From Armatimonadota bacterium (lineage in GTDB: Bacteria > Armatimonadota > SYMT01): 64,000 nt of DNA. A program made the position numbers and the translations under genes. Location of the stretch: positions 84,921 through 148,920 of the forward strand of contig JAWLHY010000013.1 in assembly GCA_041690135.1 (NCBI GenBank), in the 5' to 3' direction. Numbering within the stretch: the first letter of the stretch is position 1; each line of letters starts with the position of its first letter. Shown here piece by piece: positions 61,268 to 64,000 of the stretch. The notes beneath the pieces are model-generated. The model was given only the letters and a program-made list of their open reading frames with translations. It was not told the DNA's origin and did not search any database.

Positions 61268-62947
61268 ATGCGCTCCACGTCGCGAAACACCTGGTTCATT
61301 CTCCTTGCTGTTGCCACACTTTGCTGCGTGCCACACCCGTCGCTGGCCTACGATTTGGGGCCGTCTATGGATGACGCGGCTGTGGCTCCCCCGCCTGAAA
61401 TCATCGAAGAGCCTGTTGAGCCTCCGCCATTCGGGTGGCTCGCGGACGAGGAAGTTCCCCTCCTCCGTGGTGCGCTGGATGCTGGATTGAATCCCAACTT
61501 CCGCGACTCGGAGGGGAACACACTATTGATGATGGCTGCGGCCGCATGGGGTCGCCCGGGGCTCGCGTTTCAACTCCTGTTGGAGCGGGGCGCGGACGTT
61601 AACGCTCGTTCTCGTGAGGGCAAGACAGCGCTCATGTTCGCCGCGGCGAGTTTCAATCCCGAGTCGGTTCGGAAACTTCTGGATCGAGGCGCAGACATCC
61701 GTGCACGAGACCGTTGGGGGCAGACTTCCCTTCATTGGTGTGCGAATTGGTACCAGGGCGATCTCTACATCGGCAGCAAGGAAACCAGGCATGCGGAATG
61801 TGCCCGCACCCTCTTGAAGGCGGGAGCCGAGGTCAACGCTCCCGATAAGGCCGGTATGACCCCGCTGATGCACGCGGCTGCCGGCGGACACGGGCGCATC
61901 GTGAGCACGCTGCTGGAGCACGGGGCTAATGCCAATCTCCGGGACCGGAGGAAGCGGAGTGCGCTAACGTGGTGTGCCAGGGCAGGCACAACCCATCCGG
62001 TGGTCAGCGAACTGTTAGAGGCCGGTGCGCGGGTCGGGCTGATGGAGGCCCTGCTCCTGCGGGATCTGAAGTTGGCCCGTGAGCGCGTGGGCGTAGCGGA
62101 TGCTCTTGGTGGACGGGATCCATGCGGTCGAACCGTCCTGCACCTCGCCGCCCTGGAAGGGGATCTCCAACTGGTTCGGCAACTCGTTGCCGCCGGCGCG
62201 AATCTCGACGCCCGCGACAGGGACGAAAATACGGTCTTGATGTACGCGACCGGGGCCGAACCACGTGCCAATGTACACGGATTTCGCTATTTCGAAGAAC
62301 GGCCCGTGGAAAGCCGGGAAGAATTGATCCGCTGGCTTGCGGCCCGTACAGGGGCGATTAACAAGACCAACTCGCTGGGAGAGGCGCCGCTCCATTGGGC
62401 AATTGCCCTAAAGAGGCCGGACCTCGTGCGGCTGCTGGTCCGTCACGGAGCAAACGTTAACTTGCCGATGAGGTATTCCTTCACCCGGCCCCCGTTGATT
62501 TCCGCCATAGAACGCCGCGACCTCCCGACAATTGAAGTACTCCTCGACCTCGGTGCCGACCCTAACCGGGTCAACGGACTGGCGACCGCATGCGGCGCCG
62601 GTGACGAGGCAGTTGCAGTGGTTGAGGCGCTTCTGCGCGCCGGGGCATGGCCGAACGGGCCCAATTGGGACCTGGGAGGCACATTGCGCAGCGCGGCTTG
62701 GTCGGGCAACCTGCGGTTGGCTCGTATACTTCTAGCACACGGGGCGAAGGTGGGTCATCCGGGAGACTTCACCGCACTGGCTATCGCTGCGTATGGGGGC
62801 CATCTGGAGATGGTCAACCTCCTGCTGGGTGCCGGGGCCGACGTCAACCAGCAGTGTAGAGATGGGCGAACTCCGCTGGAGTTGGCTCGTGCTAAGGGAC
62901 ACACGGCTATTGTGGACCGCCTCCTGGCAGCAGGTGCCCTTCCCTAA
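61268..62947 (+). CDS. secreted ankyrin repeat protein
   Basis: Signal peptide; many G.T(P/A)L..Aa..g...v..LL..GAdvN repeats. Confidence 0.9.
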   Translation: MRSTSRNTWFILLAVATLCCVPHPSLAYDLGPSMDDAAVAPPPEIIEEPVEPPPFGWLADEEVPLLRGALDAGLNPNFRDSEGNTLLMMAAAAWGRPGLAFQLLLERGADVNARSREGKTALMFAAASFNPESVRKLLDRGADIRARDRWGQTSLHWCANWYQGDLYIGSKETRHAECARTLLKAGAEVNAPDKAGMTPLMHAAAGGHGRIVSTLLEHGANANLRDRRKRSALTWCARAGTTHPVVSELLEAGARVGLMEALLLRDLKLARERVGVADALGGRDPCGRTVLHLAALEGDLQLVRQLVAAGANLDARDRDENTVLMYATGAEPRANVHGFRYFEERPVESREELIRWLAARTGAINKTNSLGEAPLHWAIALKRPDLVRLLVRHGANVNLPMRYSFTRPPLISAIERRDLPTIEVLLDLGADPNRVNGLATACGAGDEAVAVVEALLRAGAWPNGPNWDLGGTLRSAAWSGNLRLARILLAHGAKVGHPGDFTALAIAAYGGHLEMVNLLLGAGADVNQQCRDGRTPLELARAKGHTAIVDRLLAAGALP

Positions 62948-63053
62948 CGTGGCATTTCCCCTACCGGCTCTTGCCCTCTTTTGGTGCCACTCGGCGCGTG
63001 CGCCGGGCATGGGCCAGATGCTGCCTCGGCAATGAGGATTCGATCCTGGTTCA

Positions 63054-63248
63054 TGCCCGGAGTCCCCGAGATATCGGGGTATTGATCGCATCCAGAGGAT
63101 TCCGGACCTCGCCGAAACTGGTGCCGGTGAGGATCCAGGAGTTAGCTCTTGCCGAGATATCTCTCGGACTCCGGGCAGGGTACATGATCAAGTCTTGCTT
63201 ACCAGGATGGCTTCTTGATATTTGCCCGGAGTCCCCGAGATATCGGGG
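63054..63248. repeat. three alternating 26-bp REP-like elements
   Basis: Identical TGCCCGGAGTCCCCGAGATATCGGGG at 63054-63079 and 63223-63248; inverted variant at 63152-63177. Confidence 0.85.
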
Positions 63249-63343
63249 CTTGGATCAGCCCCCGAGGGATCCAGACTACGCTGGAACGGCTGCCAGCGAA
63301 AGCACAACAGCCGGCTGATGTATGTCCGGGGGCCGTCTCCTGT

Positions 63344-63544
63344 TTAGGGGACGGGGCCGATGTAGTGCGGCGCGTTCTCGGTGGGCTCTTCCTCTATCTT
63401 TTCGGCCCGAACGTTGACGATGCGCTCGTGCCAGTCCGCCTCGCCGGTGATCATCCGTTCGACGTCGATCTCGTCCATGTGCTGGTCGCCCTCGTCCTCA
63501 TTCACGACCAATTCCACGCGGTAGACCTGCTTTACTTCTGCCAT
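63344..63544 (-). CDS. small acidic hypothetical protein
   Basis: 66 aa from MAEVKQ; GGGAGG RBS; protein-like composition. Confidence 0.6.
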   Translation of the reverse strand: MAEVKQVYRVELVVNEDEGDQHMDEIDVERMITGEADWHERIVNVRAEKIEEEPTENAPHYIGPVP

Positions 63545-63776
63545 GCTCTTCCCTCCCTTTCGCGTGGAGGCTTTACCCGGTAAGCGGCCCGTCAAATCGT
63601 GCTCCCCATACGCCGTCCGGCACCCCGAAGAGGTGAGGACCCCTTGAGCCGGCGTTCGGTCTCGGGGGTAGAAACCGGCAACGGCCGCGTGATCCGAACC
63701 TCGTATGCCCATGATCGAGGGCTAAGAAGACATGGTGCACGGTACGGTGGGTAAGATGCCTGGTAGAGATGAACCT

Positions 63777-64000
63777 ATGAAACGCTCGACCTTCCACATT
63801 CCCGGCATGTGCTGCCCCAGCGAGGAGCAGATGATCCGCGTGCGCCTGCAAAACGTGGATCGCATCGAGCGCCTCGACGTTGACTTCCTCTCCCGGGAGT
63901 TGACCGTTACCCATCGCCTGGATGACGAGCGTGAGATCCTGACGGCCCTGGAAGCCCTGGGAATGGATGCCGAGCTCAAGGTCGAGCCTCCGCCCACGGG
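63777..64000 (+). CDS. HMA-domain protein, probably N-terminus of a heavy-metal transporter (partial)
   Basis: MKRSTFHIPGMCCPSEEQMIR..LDVDFLSRELTVTH; runs off the window. Confidence 0.75.
   Translation, partial: MKRSTFHIPGMCCPSEEQMIRVRLQNVDRIERLDVDFLSRELTVTHRLDDEREILTALEALGMDAELKVEPPPT

Overview
GC-rich bacterial window, possibly Armatimonadota (inferred from gene content only). It holds two amino-acid operons stuffed with passenger genes. trpE-G-D-C-F is led by a WWW leader peptide and a multi-segment attenuator; ilvB-N-C-leuA-B-cimA is led by a complete Leu (CUC) T-box. Between them are hflX-queA, a giant SpoIVB/beta-propeller protein, an AsmA/TamB-like protein and assorted enzymes. Two things stand out. 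(1) Five minus-strand genes look like one split, uncharacterised NTPase system: a Zn-ribbon Hsp70-like ATPase, a double-GrpE protein, a Zn-ribbon/beta-rich protein, a membrane vWA-like/FHA-like protein and a 1084-aa tubulin-like GTPase. (2) Short degenerate tandem arrays (mostly 7-mers) occur throughout. They flank a four-helix-bundle gene as inverted arms, form empty hairpins, and sit in-frame inside queA, the Hsp70-like gene and the SpoIVB gene. All family calls come from motif recognition by eye; no searches were run.
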